From NCBI GenBank assembly GCA_965208105.1, contig OZ242318.1, positions 4,576,001 through 4,640,000 on the forward strand: DNA of 64,000 nt. Direction: 5' to 3'. Of this stretch, positions 48,871 to 58,277 are shown in pieces. A program made the position numbers and the translations under genes. The stretch is from Candidatus Latescibacterota bacterium. Lineage in GTDB: Bacteria > Latescibacterota > UBA2968 > UBA8231. The notes beneath the pieces are model-generated. The model had not been told where the DNA came from. It worked only from the letters and a program-made list of their open reading frames with translations, and searched no databases. Position 1 is the first letter of the stretch. Each line of letters starts with the position of its first letter.

Positions 48871-50849
48871 GCGCAGCTGCCGTGGCGCAGTTTGAAGAGC
48901 CTCTGCCCCGGGAAGAGGAACTCGATGCGCCGCTGCGCGTCACCCTGCGCGCCTTGATTCTTGGCGCTGTCACCGTTGCCGCCAGTTTTGCCTATATCGT
49001 GTTCGTCGGTCAGGGATACGGAGTGGGGAGCTATGTCCACTCGCAGTTTCCCATGGCCGCCTTCATGCCCTTCGTGATCTGGCTTTTCCTCAATATTGCC
49101 ATCCATCGAATCTCGCCGTTTCGCGCCCTGAGCCGCGCCGAGCTCCTCACGGTCTTCTCCATGCTCTGGGTGGTGGGCACCATTCCGCAACTGGGATGGA
49201 TGACCTACTGGACCTCCATAATGGCCGCGCCGAGCTACTTCGCCGCGCCCGAGAACGGCTGGGCCGAGACCTTTTTCGATTATTTGCCCTGGCACGTCTT
49301 CGCCGTGGCTACGTCGCGGGTGATCGAGCCGTTCTGGTTCGGACTTCCACCGGGAATGGAACTGCCCTGGGACGGCTGGCTGGGGGCGATCGGCCACTGG
49401 CTCGGGGTGTCCATGGCCATGGTGGTGTTCGGATATTGCCTGTTCGTCCTGTTCCAGCGCCAGTGGGTGGAAGGCGAGAAGCTGGCCTTCCCCATTGCCC
49501 GCATGGCCATGGACATGACCCGGGGTTTCGACGACCGGGGACGGATGCCCCTCATTTTCCGCAGCGGCAGATTCTGGATCGGCTTTGCCCTCGTATTCGT
49601 TCCCATTATCTACAACATCGCCACCCACTTCACTCCGGGCCTTATAGCCCTGGACCTCTACTGGAAATTCTACTACATCGAAATCGCCGAAGGCTTCAGT
49701 CTGATCGTCAGGGTGCTGCCCCTGGTCCTGGCCCTGACCTATCTGTGCCCGGTGGACATCCTCGGAAGCCTGGTGGTATTTCATTTTCTGGGCGCCGTAA
49801 AATTGTGGCTGCTGCAGCGGGTGGGGTTCTCTTTGGGAGAGGAGGGGCAGCGCCTCGGGCCTGCAGAGATTCTGCACATGGAGAGCTACGGCGCCCTGGT
49901 TTTCGTGGCCATGTGGTCCGTGTGGCTGGCGCGCAAGCACCTTGCCCAGGTGGGGCGCGTGGTGCGCAGCGGCAGAGGAGACAGGGGCCAGGTGGGTCTC
50001 TACCGCCTGGCACTGCTCGGACTGCTGCTCTCCGGCGGCTACGTGGTGGGCTGGGGCATGAGCCTCGGGATGAGTCTTCCCCTGTCCGTTGCCGCCTTCT
50101 CCCTGATCGCCCTGACCTATTTCGCCACCGCCAAGCTCGTTGCTGCCACCGGATTCGCCTATCTGCTGCCCAACAAGGCGCACGTCAAGGGCAAGTCCTT
50201 CATCCTGGACCTCGCAGGCACCATCCATCTCTCTCCGCGGGGACTGATCGCCTACAAGGTGTTCACCAGCAACGCTTTCTTCGGCACTTTCCGCATCCCG
50301 GCGTGGCCGGCCATTCCCCACGTTCTGCGTATTTTTTCGCTGCGGCAGCAGCCTGGGTGGGTGGCCGCGGTGGTGCTAACAGCCTTCCCGGTGGGCTTTC
50401 TGGTGGCGGCGGCCGGGACCATTCAACTGGCCTACAGCGACGGCGGGTCGGTGTTCCTGGGGGGCAAGGCCAACTGGGTCTTCGAAGAAATGGTGCGGCT
50501 GATGAACAACCGCACGGAACCGGATTGGGCGAAGTGGGGAATCTGGGGGCTGGGGTGGCTGGAAGCGGCTGCCGTCGCCCTGCTGCGCAGCCACTACTAC
50601 TGGTTCCCGTTTCACCCGGTGGGACTGGCCTTTCAGACCACTTTCGGGACCAGGCTCTACTGGTTCAGCTTGATGCTGGTGTGGGTGGCCAAGCTCGTCC
50701 TGTTGCGCTACGGCGGGGTGCGCGCCTTTCAGCGCGGCAAGCCCTTCTTCTACGGCCTCGGAATCGGCTACGTGGCCGGGGTGACCCTTTCCGTCGTGGT
50801 GGACATCATCTGGTTCCCAACCCAGGGCCACCACATGCACGGATGGTAG
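48867..50849 (+). CDS. Polytopic membrane protein (OPT-like, DUF6785/DUF6784-type)
   Basis: Many TM helices; TLRALILG, RQWVEGEKLAFPIA, WFPFHPVG and LLRYGG...KPFFYGL motifs. Confidence 0.7.
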   Translation: MSAAAVAQFEEPLPREEELDAPLRVTLRALILGAVTVAASFAYIVFVGQGYGVGSYVHSQFPMAAFMPFVIWLFLNIAIHRISPFRALSRAELLTVFSMLWVVGTIPQLGWMTYWTSIMAAPSYFAAPENGWAETFFDYLPWHVFAVATSRVIEPFWFGLPPGMELPWDGWLGAIGHWLGVSMAMVVFGYCLFVLFQRQWVEGEKLAFPIARMAMDMTRGFDDRGRMPLIFRSGRFWIGFALVFVPIIYNIATHFTPGLIALDLYWKFYYIEIAEGFSLIVRVLPLVLALTYLCPVDILGSLVVFHFLGAVKLWLLQRVGFSLGEEGQRLGPAEILHMESYGALVFVAMWSVWLARKHLAQVGRVVRSGRGDRGQVGLYRLALLGLLLSGGYVVGWGMSLGMSLPLSVAAFSLIALTYFATAKLVAATGFAYLLPNKAHVKGKSFILDLAGTIHLSPRGLIAYKVFTSNAFFGTFRIPAWPAIPHVLRIFSLRQQPGWVAAVVLTAFPVGFLVAAAGTIQLAYSDGGSVFLGGKANWVFEEMVRLMNNRTEPDWAKWGIWGLGWLEAAAVALLRSHYYWFPFHPVGLAFQTTFGTRLYWFSLMLVWVAKLVLLRYGGVRAFQRGKPFFYGLGIGYVAGVTLSVVVDIIWFPTQGHHMHGW

Positions 50850-50919
50850 ATTGCGCCCGGACCAGTGAACCGGGGACCTAAGGCCCCGGGGTCCCCAGCC
50901 GGAGCCTGGAGCGCGGGGA

Positions 50920-51927
50920 CTACCGGGACAGGGGCAGGGGCACCCTGACGTTGCCGCGGCGCTGCGACTCCAGGAAACCGATGATGATTTCCACCACGGT
51001 GCGTCCCACCCGGCCCGGCGAGGCCAGCTCGCCTCCATTTTCCATCCGGGTCACCAGCTCTCGGACCCCGAGGGCGATACCCTGGGCGCCGTCGTCGTCA
51101 GCCGAAATCGGTTCGGTTTCCTCGCCTGTGGTGATGGTTGCCCGGGTGCCCGAGGGAAAGCCGTCGGCGTCGATGTATCCACTGGTGCCGACGATCCTGC
51201 AGGACATCTTGGGCAGGGGGGTGTTCTTCGGGCCGCCGATGTACAGGCCGCGGACCCCGTTGGCGAAGTGGATGTAGCCGTGGGCACCCGGCTCGGTCAC
51301 TGGCTCGTGGCCTCCGTCGCCTCGGTACTCGGAGTAGCCTTCATAGCCATCCTCCAGTTCGGCGAAGACCCAGCTGGGTTCGGACTCGGCGAAGAAGCAT
51401 ATGAGGTCGATGATGTGGGTGCCGTTGCGGAAGAGCATGGCGCGGCTCCCGTACAGGGTGGCGATGACGTTCTGCACCGGTCCGATGGTTCCTTGTGAGA
51501 CCAGGTCCTTGATGTGCCGCCAGAGAGGCTGAAACCTGCGGGTGTGGTCCACCGAGAGCAGGGTGCCGTTGCTTTCGCAGGCGGCGACCATGCGGTCCGC
51601 GTCGGCCAGGTTCGTTGCCAGGGGTTTCTCGCAGAAGATCCCCTTGGCACCGGACTCGGCCGAGTCCACCACCAGGTCGGCGTGGGCGTGGTCGGATGTG
51701 GCAACGGTGACGATGTCCAGGTCTTCCGAGGCCAGCATCTTCCGGTGGTCGGTGTAGACGGCGATCCCCGGCCAGGTTCCTTCCCAGTGGCCGCGGAATT
51801 CCTCCAGCCTTTCCTCCGACAGATCGCAGGCGGCGACCAGTTCGGCGTTGTCCAGGCCGACCAGGCCGGAGGCGTGAGCTATGCCTATTCCTCTGCAGCC
51901 GATGACGCCGGCGCGGTATTTTGCCAT
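50920..51927 (-). CDS. Gfo/Idh/MocA family oxidoreductase
   Basis: GVIGCRGIG; IFCEKPLA; NGTHIID. Confidence 0.93.
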   Translation of the reverse strand: MAKYRAGVIGCRGIGIAHASGLVGLDNAELVAACDLSEERLEEFRGHWEGTWPGIAVYTDHRKMLASEDLDIVTVATSDHAHADLVVDSAESGAKGIFCEKPLATNLADADRMVAACESNGTLLSVDHTRRFQPLWRHIKDLVSQGTIGPVQNVIATLYGSRAMLFRNGTHIIDLICFFAESEPSWVFAELEDGYEGYSEYRGDGGHEPVTEPGAHGYIHFANGVRGLYIGGPKNTPLPKMSCRIVGTSGYIDADGFPSGTRATITTGEETEPISADDDGAQGIALGVRELVTRMENGGELASPGRVGRTVVEIIIGFLESQRRGNVRVPLPLSR

Positions 51928-52165
51928 TGACTTCCTCCTGTTCCCGGGATTGTGCGGTTGAACTCCGATGGCAGCCTAAGCTATCCACAGGCCACCATCC
52001 GGTCAATCCCGGGCCGCCGCTCGGGCCGCCGGCAGCCGTCGCTTGAAGAATCGAGGACCTTTTGCCGATTGTGAATCGGGTTCATAAACTTTGGAACGAA
52101 ACCGGAACACCTGCCTGGCTGGTCCGGGCGTTTCTGGCAAAATACCAGGGAGAAAGGGAGGCATC

Positions 52166-53047
52166 ATGATCGTCGATACCCACACCCATTTCTACGACCC
52201 TGCCCGGCCCCAGGGCGTGCCGTGGCCATCTCCGGGCGAGAAACATCTCTACCGCACCGTGCTGCCACGGCACTACAAGGCCCTGGCCGAGCCCGAAGGG
52301 GTGAGCGCCACGGTGGTGGTGGAGGCCAGTCCGTGGGTCGAAGACAACCAGTGGATCCTCGACCTGGCCGCGGCAGACCCCTTCATCGTGGGCCTGGTAG
52401 GCCACCTGGATCCCGGAAGCGAGGACTTCGCCCGGCAGTTGGAGCGCTTTGGCGAAAATCCCCTGTTTCGCGGAATCCGCCTGGGCGCGTTCTCCGCCGG
52501 AAGTCTACTCGACCCGGAAGGGCGCCGCGACCACTTTGGCGGCCTGGAAGGTGGCCGTATCCTCGCCGATTTGGCGAGGTTGGCCCAAAAGGACATGGCC
52601 CTGGACGTCCTGGCGGGTCACGAGCACCTCGAAGGCGTGGGGGAGGTAGCCAGGCGCCTGCCTGAATTGCGGATCGTCGTCAACCACGTCGCCCAGGCGC
52701 GCATCGACGGCAAGTCGCCCGATCCGAGATGGCTCGAGAGCATACAAAGGGCAGCGGAGCACCCCCGGGTCTACTGCAAGGTGTCGGGACTGATGGAGTT
52801 GAGCCTGGTCCGGCCCGCTCCTGCGGCGGTGGAATTCTACCTGCCGGTCCTGGACGCTCTGTGGGCGGCTTTCGGCGAGGACCGGCTGATCTACGGGAGC
52901 AACTGGCCCGTTTCCGAGCCCAGCGGCACCTACTCCCAGGTCCAGGGGATCGTATCATCCTACTTCAACGCCAAAGGCGGGGAGGCGGCGGACAAGTACT
53001 TCTGCAAGAACTCCCGGGCGGCCTACAATTGGGTGGAGCGCGGCTGA
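52166..53047 (+). CDS. Amidohydrolase_2 family protein (L-fucono-lactonase-like)
   Basis: IVDTHTHF; VVNHV; YCKVSGL; FGEDRLIYGSNWPV. Confidence 0.9.
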   Translation: MIVDTHTHFYDPARPQGVPWPSPGEKHLYRTVLPRHYKALAEPEGVSATVVVEASPWVEDNQWILDLAAADPFIVGLVGHLDPGSEDFARQLERFGENPLFRGIRLGAFSAGSLLDPEGRRDHFGGLEGGRILADLARLAQKDMALDVLAGHEHLEGVGEVARRLPELRIVVNHVAQARIDGKSPDPRWLESIQRAAEHPRVYCKVSGLMELSLVRPAPAAVEFYLPVLDALWAAFGEDRLIYGSNWPVSEPSGTYSQVQGIVSSYFNAKGGEAADKYFCKNSRAAYNWVERG

Positions 53048-53084
53048 ATTCAGCAGCGACAGGGGATTAATCGCCCAGGGGAGC

Positions 53085-53113
53085 TTGATCCATACATGGC
53101 TATGTATTATACC
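53085..53113 (+). promoter_or_regulatory. Putative amtB-glnK promoter with a palindromic operator in the spacer
   Basis: TTGATC-N17-TATACC; ATACAT-ggct-ATGTAT inverted repeat at 53092-53107. Confidence 0.5.
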
Positions 53114-53184
53114 TTTATTAACCTGAAGCGAAGGGTGACGCGAAAATTGAAACGCACGAACAGACGTCTTGAAAGGAAGGGAAC

Positions 53185-54546
53185 ATGAAAACCCTGTCTG
53201 GTCCGTCCACGTCCGCCAGCAGACGGGTGCCGGGTCTGCGCCTGGCTCTCCTGGGCATGCTGGTCCTGGCGCTACCGGGAGCCGCCGGCGCCGACCAGCT
53301 CGACTCCGGGGATACCGCCTGGATGCTCACCTCGACCGCCCTGGTGCTCTTCATGACCATACCCGGCCTGGCACTGTTCTACGGCGGCCTGGTGCGTGCC
53401 AAGAATGTTCTGTCCGTATTGATGCAATGCTTCGCCACCGCGGGACTGGTGACTCTCGTATGGGTCCTGTGGGGCTACAGCCTGGCCTTCGATACCGCGG
53501 GCATGCAGGGGGGAGTGACCAATCTCAATTCCTTCGTGGGAGGACTGGGAAAGGCCCTTCTCCTCGGAGTCGGACTGGACAGTCTGGCGGGCACCGTTCC
53601 CGAGACCGTGTTCATCACCTTCCAGATGACCTTCGCCATCATTACCCCTGCCCTGATCGCCGGCGCCTTTGCCGAGCGCATGAAGTTTTCGGCCGTGCTC
53701 CTGTTCACCGTCATCTGGTCCACCGTGGTCTACGCCCCCATCTGCCACATGGCCTGGAGCGGTGACGGTTCCTTCTTCGGCGATCTTGGCGTGCTCGATT
53801 TTGCAGGCGGCACCGTGGTGCACATCAACGCCGGCGTTGCCGCCCTGGTGGCCGCCCTCGTAGTAGGCAGGCGCCAGGGTTACCCCAACCATCCAATACC
53901 TCCTCACAGCATGACGCTGACCGTGGTTGGCGCTTCCATGCTCTGGGTCGGCTGGTTCGGCTTCAACGCCGGCAGTGCCCTGGCCGCCGACGGCGCCGCG
54001 GGCATGGCCATGCTGGTCACCCAGGTGGCCACGGGAACGGCAGCGCTTAGCTGGATGTTCGCCGAGTGGAAGGGGCACGGAAAGCCGAGCGTTCTGGGCA
54101 TCGTGACCGGGGCGGTAGGTGGACTGGTGGCCATCACTCCGGCGTCGGGAAGCGTGGGTCCGCTGGGAGCCATAGCCATTGGCGTTGCCGCTGGCCTGCT
54201 GTGCTTTTGGGGTTCCACTACTCTCAAACGCAGGTTGGGGTACGACGATTCGCTCGATGCATTCGGGGTTCACGGCATCGGCGGGATCGTGGGCGCTCTG
54301 CTCACCGGATTATTCGTTGCCGAGGGCCTGGGCGGTCAGGGGCTGGCCGAGGGCATGACCATCGCCAAGCAGCTGGGGGTCCAGCTCATCGGCATCGTAT
54401 TCACGGTTGTCTACTGCGGCGTGCTGTCGGCAATCATCCTGAAGATCGTCGACGCCATCGTCGGCTTGCGGGTCAGCGAGGACGAGGAGAACCAGGGTCT
54501 GGATCTGGCGCTCCACGACGAGCAGGGATACAACATGGAGTTCTGA
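53185..54546 (+). CDS. amtB: Ammonium transporter
   Basis: DSGDTAWML; FQMTFAIIT; DFAGGTVVH; WVGWFGFNAGS; DDSLDAFGVHG. Confidence 0.97.
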   Translation: MKTLSGPSTSASRRVPGLRLALLGMLVLALPGAAGADQLDSGDTAWMLTSTALVLFMTIPGLALFYGGLVRAKNVLSVLMQCFATAGLVTLVWVLWGYSLAFDTAGMQGGVTNLNSFVGGLGKALLLGVGLDSLAGTVPETVFITFQMTFAIITPALIAGAFAERMKFSAVLLFTVIWSTVVYAPICHMAWSGDGSFFGDLGVLDFAGGTVVHINAGVAALVAALVVGRRQGYPNHPIPPHSMTLTVVGASMLWVGWFGFNAGSALAADGAAGMAMLVTQVATGTAALSWMFAEWKGHGKPSVLGIVTGAVGGLVAITPASGSVGPLGAIAIGVAAGLLCFWGSTTLKRRLGYDDSLDAFGVHGIGGIVGALLTGLFVAEGLGGQGLAEGMTIAKQLGVQLIGIVFTVVYCGVLSAIILKIVDAIVGLRVSEDEENQGLDLALHDEQGYNMEF

Positions 54547-54590
54547 TCCCGAGTTGACCGGATCATTAGACCAATTCAGGGAGGGACACG

Positions 54591-54929
54591 ATGAAATTGA
54601 TGAAATGCGTCATCCGGCCCAACGCGCTCGAGAAGGTGAAGGAGGCCTTGACCGGCCTGGGCGTCAGGGGAATGACGGTAACCGAGGTAAAGGGATTCGG
54701 ACGGCAGAAGGGCCACAAGGAGCTCTACCGGGGCGCGGAATACACCATGGATTTTACCCCCAAGCTCGAGGTTGAAGTGGCCGTTGCGGACGAAGCCGCC
54801 GAACAGGCGGTGGACGCCGTCCGGCAAGCCGCCCAGAGCGGAAAAATCGGCGACGGCAAGATATTTTTGATGACGGTCAACGAGGTTGTGCGCATCCGCA
54901 CGGGGGAGACGGGAGAAGCGGCGCTCTGA
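54591..54929 (+). CDS. glnK: Nitrogen regulatory protein P-II
   Basis: GFGRQKGHKELYRGAEY; GKIGDGKIF; adjacent to amtB. Confidence 0.95.
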   Translation: MKLMKCVIRPNALEKVKEALTGLGVRGMTVTEVKGFGRQKGHKELYRGAEYTMDFTPKLEVEVAVADEAAEQAVDAVRQAAQSGKIGDGKIFLMTVNEVVRIRTGETGEAAL

Positions 54930-54995
54930 GAAGGGTGGGACCGGCATCCGGGTCGACATGCCCTGGACCCTGGCTCGCCTGGCTCGGCGCAGGGC

Positions 54996-55043
54996 ACAAA
55001 GACAACGGCGACATCCCTCGTGGGTGCTGTCGTTGTTCTTTGT
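54996..55043. terminator. Imperfect stem-loop downstream of glnK
   Basis: ACAAAGACAACGGCG...CTGTCGTTGTTCTTTGT inverted repeat. Confidence 0.4.
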
Positions 55044-55111
55044 AGGGCGGCACCTTGGATGGCGCGCCTCCAACAATGGGATGACCGAATTCATTAAAGC
55101 ATGGAGAGGCC

Positions 55112-55894
55112 ATGGATAGCAAAACCGAGGTAAGGCTCGATGAGGAGCAACTGCAGGCCTATCAACGCGACGGCTACGTCGTAGTCGAGGACCTGGTTTC
55201 TTCTGATGAGGTGGAAGCGCTCAGGCGCCGCCTGCGCCAGTACACCCACGAGGGCCGGCCCCCTGGAAAGATCCAGATTCAGGTGGAACCAAGAGTGGAG
55301 AGCGGAGAGCTCCGGGTCGAGCATCCGGGAGACGGGATTCGCAAGGTCTCCGATCTGGTCGAGAACGACGACCTCTTCCGCAAGCTTGGCCTTAACGGGA
55401 ACATCGTCGGCATCATCGAACAGATTCTGGGGCCGGACCTCAAGATGTTCCGCAATGCCCTGCTGATGAAGCCCCCTGGGGTCGGTTCTCCGAAGGGGAT
55501 GCACCAGGATTCGCCCTACTGGCCCATCGAGCCCATGGAGTTGTGTTCCTGCTGGTTCGCCCTTGACGACGCGACGGCCGAAAACGGCTGCATCGGCGTG
55601 CTTCCGGGCTGGCACAAGAAGGGTCCCCAGCCCCACGTGCGCATCACGAACGATTTCGTAATCAGGGAAGACTGCTACAACTTCGAGGAGATGGTGCTGG
55701 CCCCGGTGCGCGCAGGAGGCGGGGTCTTCTTCCACTCTCTCGCCCCGCACTACACCGCACCCAACCGTTCCGGCAACTGGCGCCGCGCCATTGCCCTGTC
55801 CTATATGTCCGCCAGGTCCCGCGATACCAGTGAAGGCGCAGGTCCCCGCTACTTCCACGTCAGCGGCAGGACCTATCCGAATTGCGTGCGCTGA
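55112..55894 (+). CDS. Phytanoyl-CoA dioxygenase (PhyH) family protein
   Basis: YQRDGYVVV; MHQDSPYW; ENGCIGVLPGWH; HYTAPNRS..WRRA. Confidence 0.92.
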   Translation: MDSKTEVRLDEEQLQAYQRDGYVVVEDLVSSDEVEALRRRLRQYTHEGRPPGKIQIQVEPRVESGELRVEHPGDGIRKVSDLVENDDLFRKLGLNGNIVGIIEQILGPDLKMFRNALLMKPPGVGSPKGMHQDSPYWPIEPMELCSCWFALDDATAENGCIGVLPGWHKKGPQPHVRITNDFVIREDCYNFEEMVLAPVRAGGGVFFHSLAPHYTAPNRSGNWRRAIALSYMSARSRDTSEGAGPRYFHVSGRTYPNCVR

Positions 55895-55939
55895 GTCGGG
55901 AATTGCTCGCCCCGCGCAGATGATGGAACACGGGACGAG

Positions 55940-56252
55940 TTGGCTGATACAACCGAGATTATCGAGCCACTGACGGAAGACCGCGTAGACTGGATTGGAG
56001 AGCAATTCGGCCGTCTGGCATGGCCAAAACCGGACGGATACTTCAGGGAGTGCTTTGCAGCGCAGGAACGCGGCGATCAAGTCGTCTTCCTGGCTCGATG
56101 CGGCGAGCAATTTCATGGTTACCTCAAGGTTGTCTGGACGCCGGATTACCCACCTTTTCGCGATCAAGATATTCCTGAGATCCAGGACCTCAATGTTGTT
56201 CCTGCTTCCCGGCGAAAGGGGGTTGCAGCGCGTCTGATGGATTCTGCTTTGT
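55940..56252 (+). pseudogene. Truncated GNAT acetyltransferase
   Basis: GNAT-like through IPEIQDLNVVPASRRKGVAARLMDSAL, then the ORF reads out of frame over the next gene; the C-terminal third is missing. Confidence 0.6.
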
Positions 56253-56286
56253 CTTGTCAAAGTAGATTTGCAACTGAGGAGTCAAA

Positions 56287-57393
56287 ATGGAGCGAACAGA
56301 GCCATTACCGGAGGGCGATTCGTTGGAGGAGCTTGCGCAGAGAGTCGACCGACTGCGGTCCGATTTTGCCGAAGGGAAAAGTTCAGCAAGGAAGCGCGCT
56401 GCAGCGGTGGATGGTCCCACGGCTCCGGATAGGAATGCGCAGGATCTCGACTTTGACCATGCCCGATTGGTTATTGCCCGGGAACACAACGCCCATAGCT
56501 GGGAAGAGGCAGAAAAGTGGTTCGACCTGGCGGATCAGGTCAAAGAGGCAATGGACGCCATAACCTCTGGGGACTCCGACCGCTTCGCCGAGCTGCTCGC
56601 GGAGTATCCAGGCCTGACGGAGGAAGTATCCCACAAGGGCCGGCCATTAATTGCGGAGGCAGCCTTTTCGGGTTCAGAGGTCGAGGAAGAAAGGTTTCCT
56701 GGCAGGCTCAGCATCATAAAGATGCTTGTCGATGCGGGTTCCGACGTGAACGAGGGTCCGGACGGAGCCCTGATGTGTGCTGCGACCTGGAATGACGTGC
56801 CCGCTACGGCACTCCTCATAGAAAGCGGCGCTTTGCTCGACGGGGTGCGGGATGACAAATGGATCCTGGCGAACGCGCTGATGTTTCGCAAGGGAGACAC
56901 CGCGGCGCTCCTGGTGGAAAATGGAGCGTCGACCGATCTTGCCATGGCTGCCGGGGTTGGCCGCATGGACCTGGTGGAGGCGAAGTTCGATGTCCACGGA
57001 GCCTTGCGAGCAGGTGAAACGTTGTTCAGCGGTTGGTGGGATGGCAATCCGCCTTCCGGTCTCGATCTTTCCGAGACCCGGTTCGTGCTCGATTTCGCCT
57101 TCGCAGTTGCTTGTGCTGGCCATCACTTTGGAATAGCGGATTTCTTGTTGGATCGGGGAGCTGAGGTGGATGGCGGTGCACGGGGGTTTCTGGATGATGA
57201 CTTTTCCACGGTGCTGCACATGGCGGCATTCTTCGGGGATGAAGAACTGGTGGATTTTCTTCTGGCTCGTGGGGCCGATCCGGACCTTACCGACGAAATT
57301 CACCAGGCAACCGCTTGTGGTCACGCAGAGGCGGGTGGCCACGAGGCTTTAGCCGCCAGGTTGAGAGACGCCTCGGCTCATACCAACCGATGA
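56287..57393 (+). CDS. Ankyrin-repeat protein with an N-terminal AREH motif
   Basis: MLVDAGSDVN; FLLDRGAEVD; TVLHMAAFFGDEELVDFLLARGADP; N-terminal ARLVIAREHNAHSW. Confidence 0.85.
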   Translation: MERTEPLPEGDSLEELAQRVDRLRSDFAEGKSSARKRAAAVDGPTAPDRNAQDLDFDHARLVIAREHNAHSWEEAEKWFDLADQVKEAMDAITSGDSDRFAELLAEYPGLTEEVSHKGRPLIAEAAFSGSEVEEERFPGRLSIIKMLVDAGSDVNEGPDGALMCAATWNDVPATALLIESGALLDGVRDDKWILANALMFRKGDTAALLVENGASTDLAMAAGVGRMDLVEAKFDVHGALRAGETLFSGWWDGNPPSGLDLSETRFVLDFAFAVACAGHHFGIADFLLDRGAEVDGGARGFLDDDFSTVLHMAAFFGDEELVDFLLARGADPDLTDEIHQATACGHAEAGGHEALAARLRDASAHTNR

Positions 57394-57539
57394 CGGCCCT
57401 TCTGAATGGCCTCATCGGGTGACGGCGCACCGTTTGCGCAACACCACGTGGAGCCGCCCGGTCCGCAGTAGGCCGCCTGCCGGGTTGGCAGACCGTCAGG
57501 ACTTTATTCGACACCGCACGAACCAGGGAGAGGGGCCTG

Positions 57540-58196
57540 TTGGTAGATCCCAGGTCGGTGATTTTCGATTTCGACTTCACATTGGCCGACTCCTCAAGCG
57601 GGGTCTGTGAATGCGTCAACTTTGCATTTTCTCAGATGCACCTGGACTCGGTCCCGATGGCCAGGGTGTCAAAGACCATCGGACTGTCTTTGACCAGGAC
57701 CTTCGAAACGCTTGCTCCAAGGACAAGCTGGCATCGAGCCGATGAGTTTCTAACCTTGTTCAAAGAACGAGCGGATGAAATAATGGTTGGTAGGACCTCG
57801 ATTTTTCCCTCAGTACCAGCGGTACTGGAGGAGTTGGTGAGACGTGGTCTGGTTCTGGGGATTGTTTCGACGAAGTTCCGCTATCGAATACAGGAGATTA
57901 TGCAGCGTGAAGGACTGTCGGGCCACTTTGGGGTGATAGTAGGTGGTGAGGATGTCTCCGCCTACAAACCCGATCCCAGCGGTCTTCTTATCGCACTCGA
58001 TGCCTTGAGGCACTCCAGCCGCGACAGCCTTTATGTAGGCGACCATTCCATAGACGCCGAAACAGCCAGGTCGGCAAACGTGCCATTCATCGCCGTTCTA
58101 TCCGGCACCACGCCGCGAGAGCAATTCGAGCCGTGGGAGGTACTTTGTATTCTCGAGGACTTGGGTGAGTTGACAGGAGTACTGCCAGCCCGTTAA
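57540..58196 (+). CDS. HAD-superfamily hydrolase (phosphoglycolate phosphatase-like)
   Basis: IFDFDFTLADS; KPDP; YVGDHSID. Confidence 0.92.
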   Translation: MVDPRSVIFDFDFTLADSSSGVCECVNFAFSQMHLDSVPMARVSKTIGLSLTRTFETLAPRTSWHRADEFLTLFKERADEIMVGRTSIFPSVPAVLEELVRRGLVLGIVSTKFRYRIQEIMQREGLSGHFGVIVGGEDVSAYKPDPSGLLIALDALRHSSRDSLYVGDHSIDAETARSANVPFIAVLSGTTPREQFEPWEVLCILEDLGELTGVLPAR

Positions 58197-58277
58197 GACC
58201 GTCAACGGGTGTGATTCTCCCTCCACCATTCGACCTTGGGGTTATCAAGGGGCAGGCAACCCCAAGTGAGATCATAA

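Noticed and set aside
55940-56563. Full-length 207-aa GNAT
   Set aside because: The C-terminal half is out-of-frame read-through over the ankyrin gene; treated as a truncated gene.
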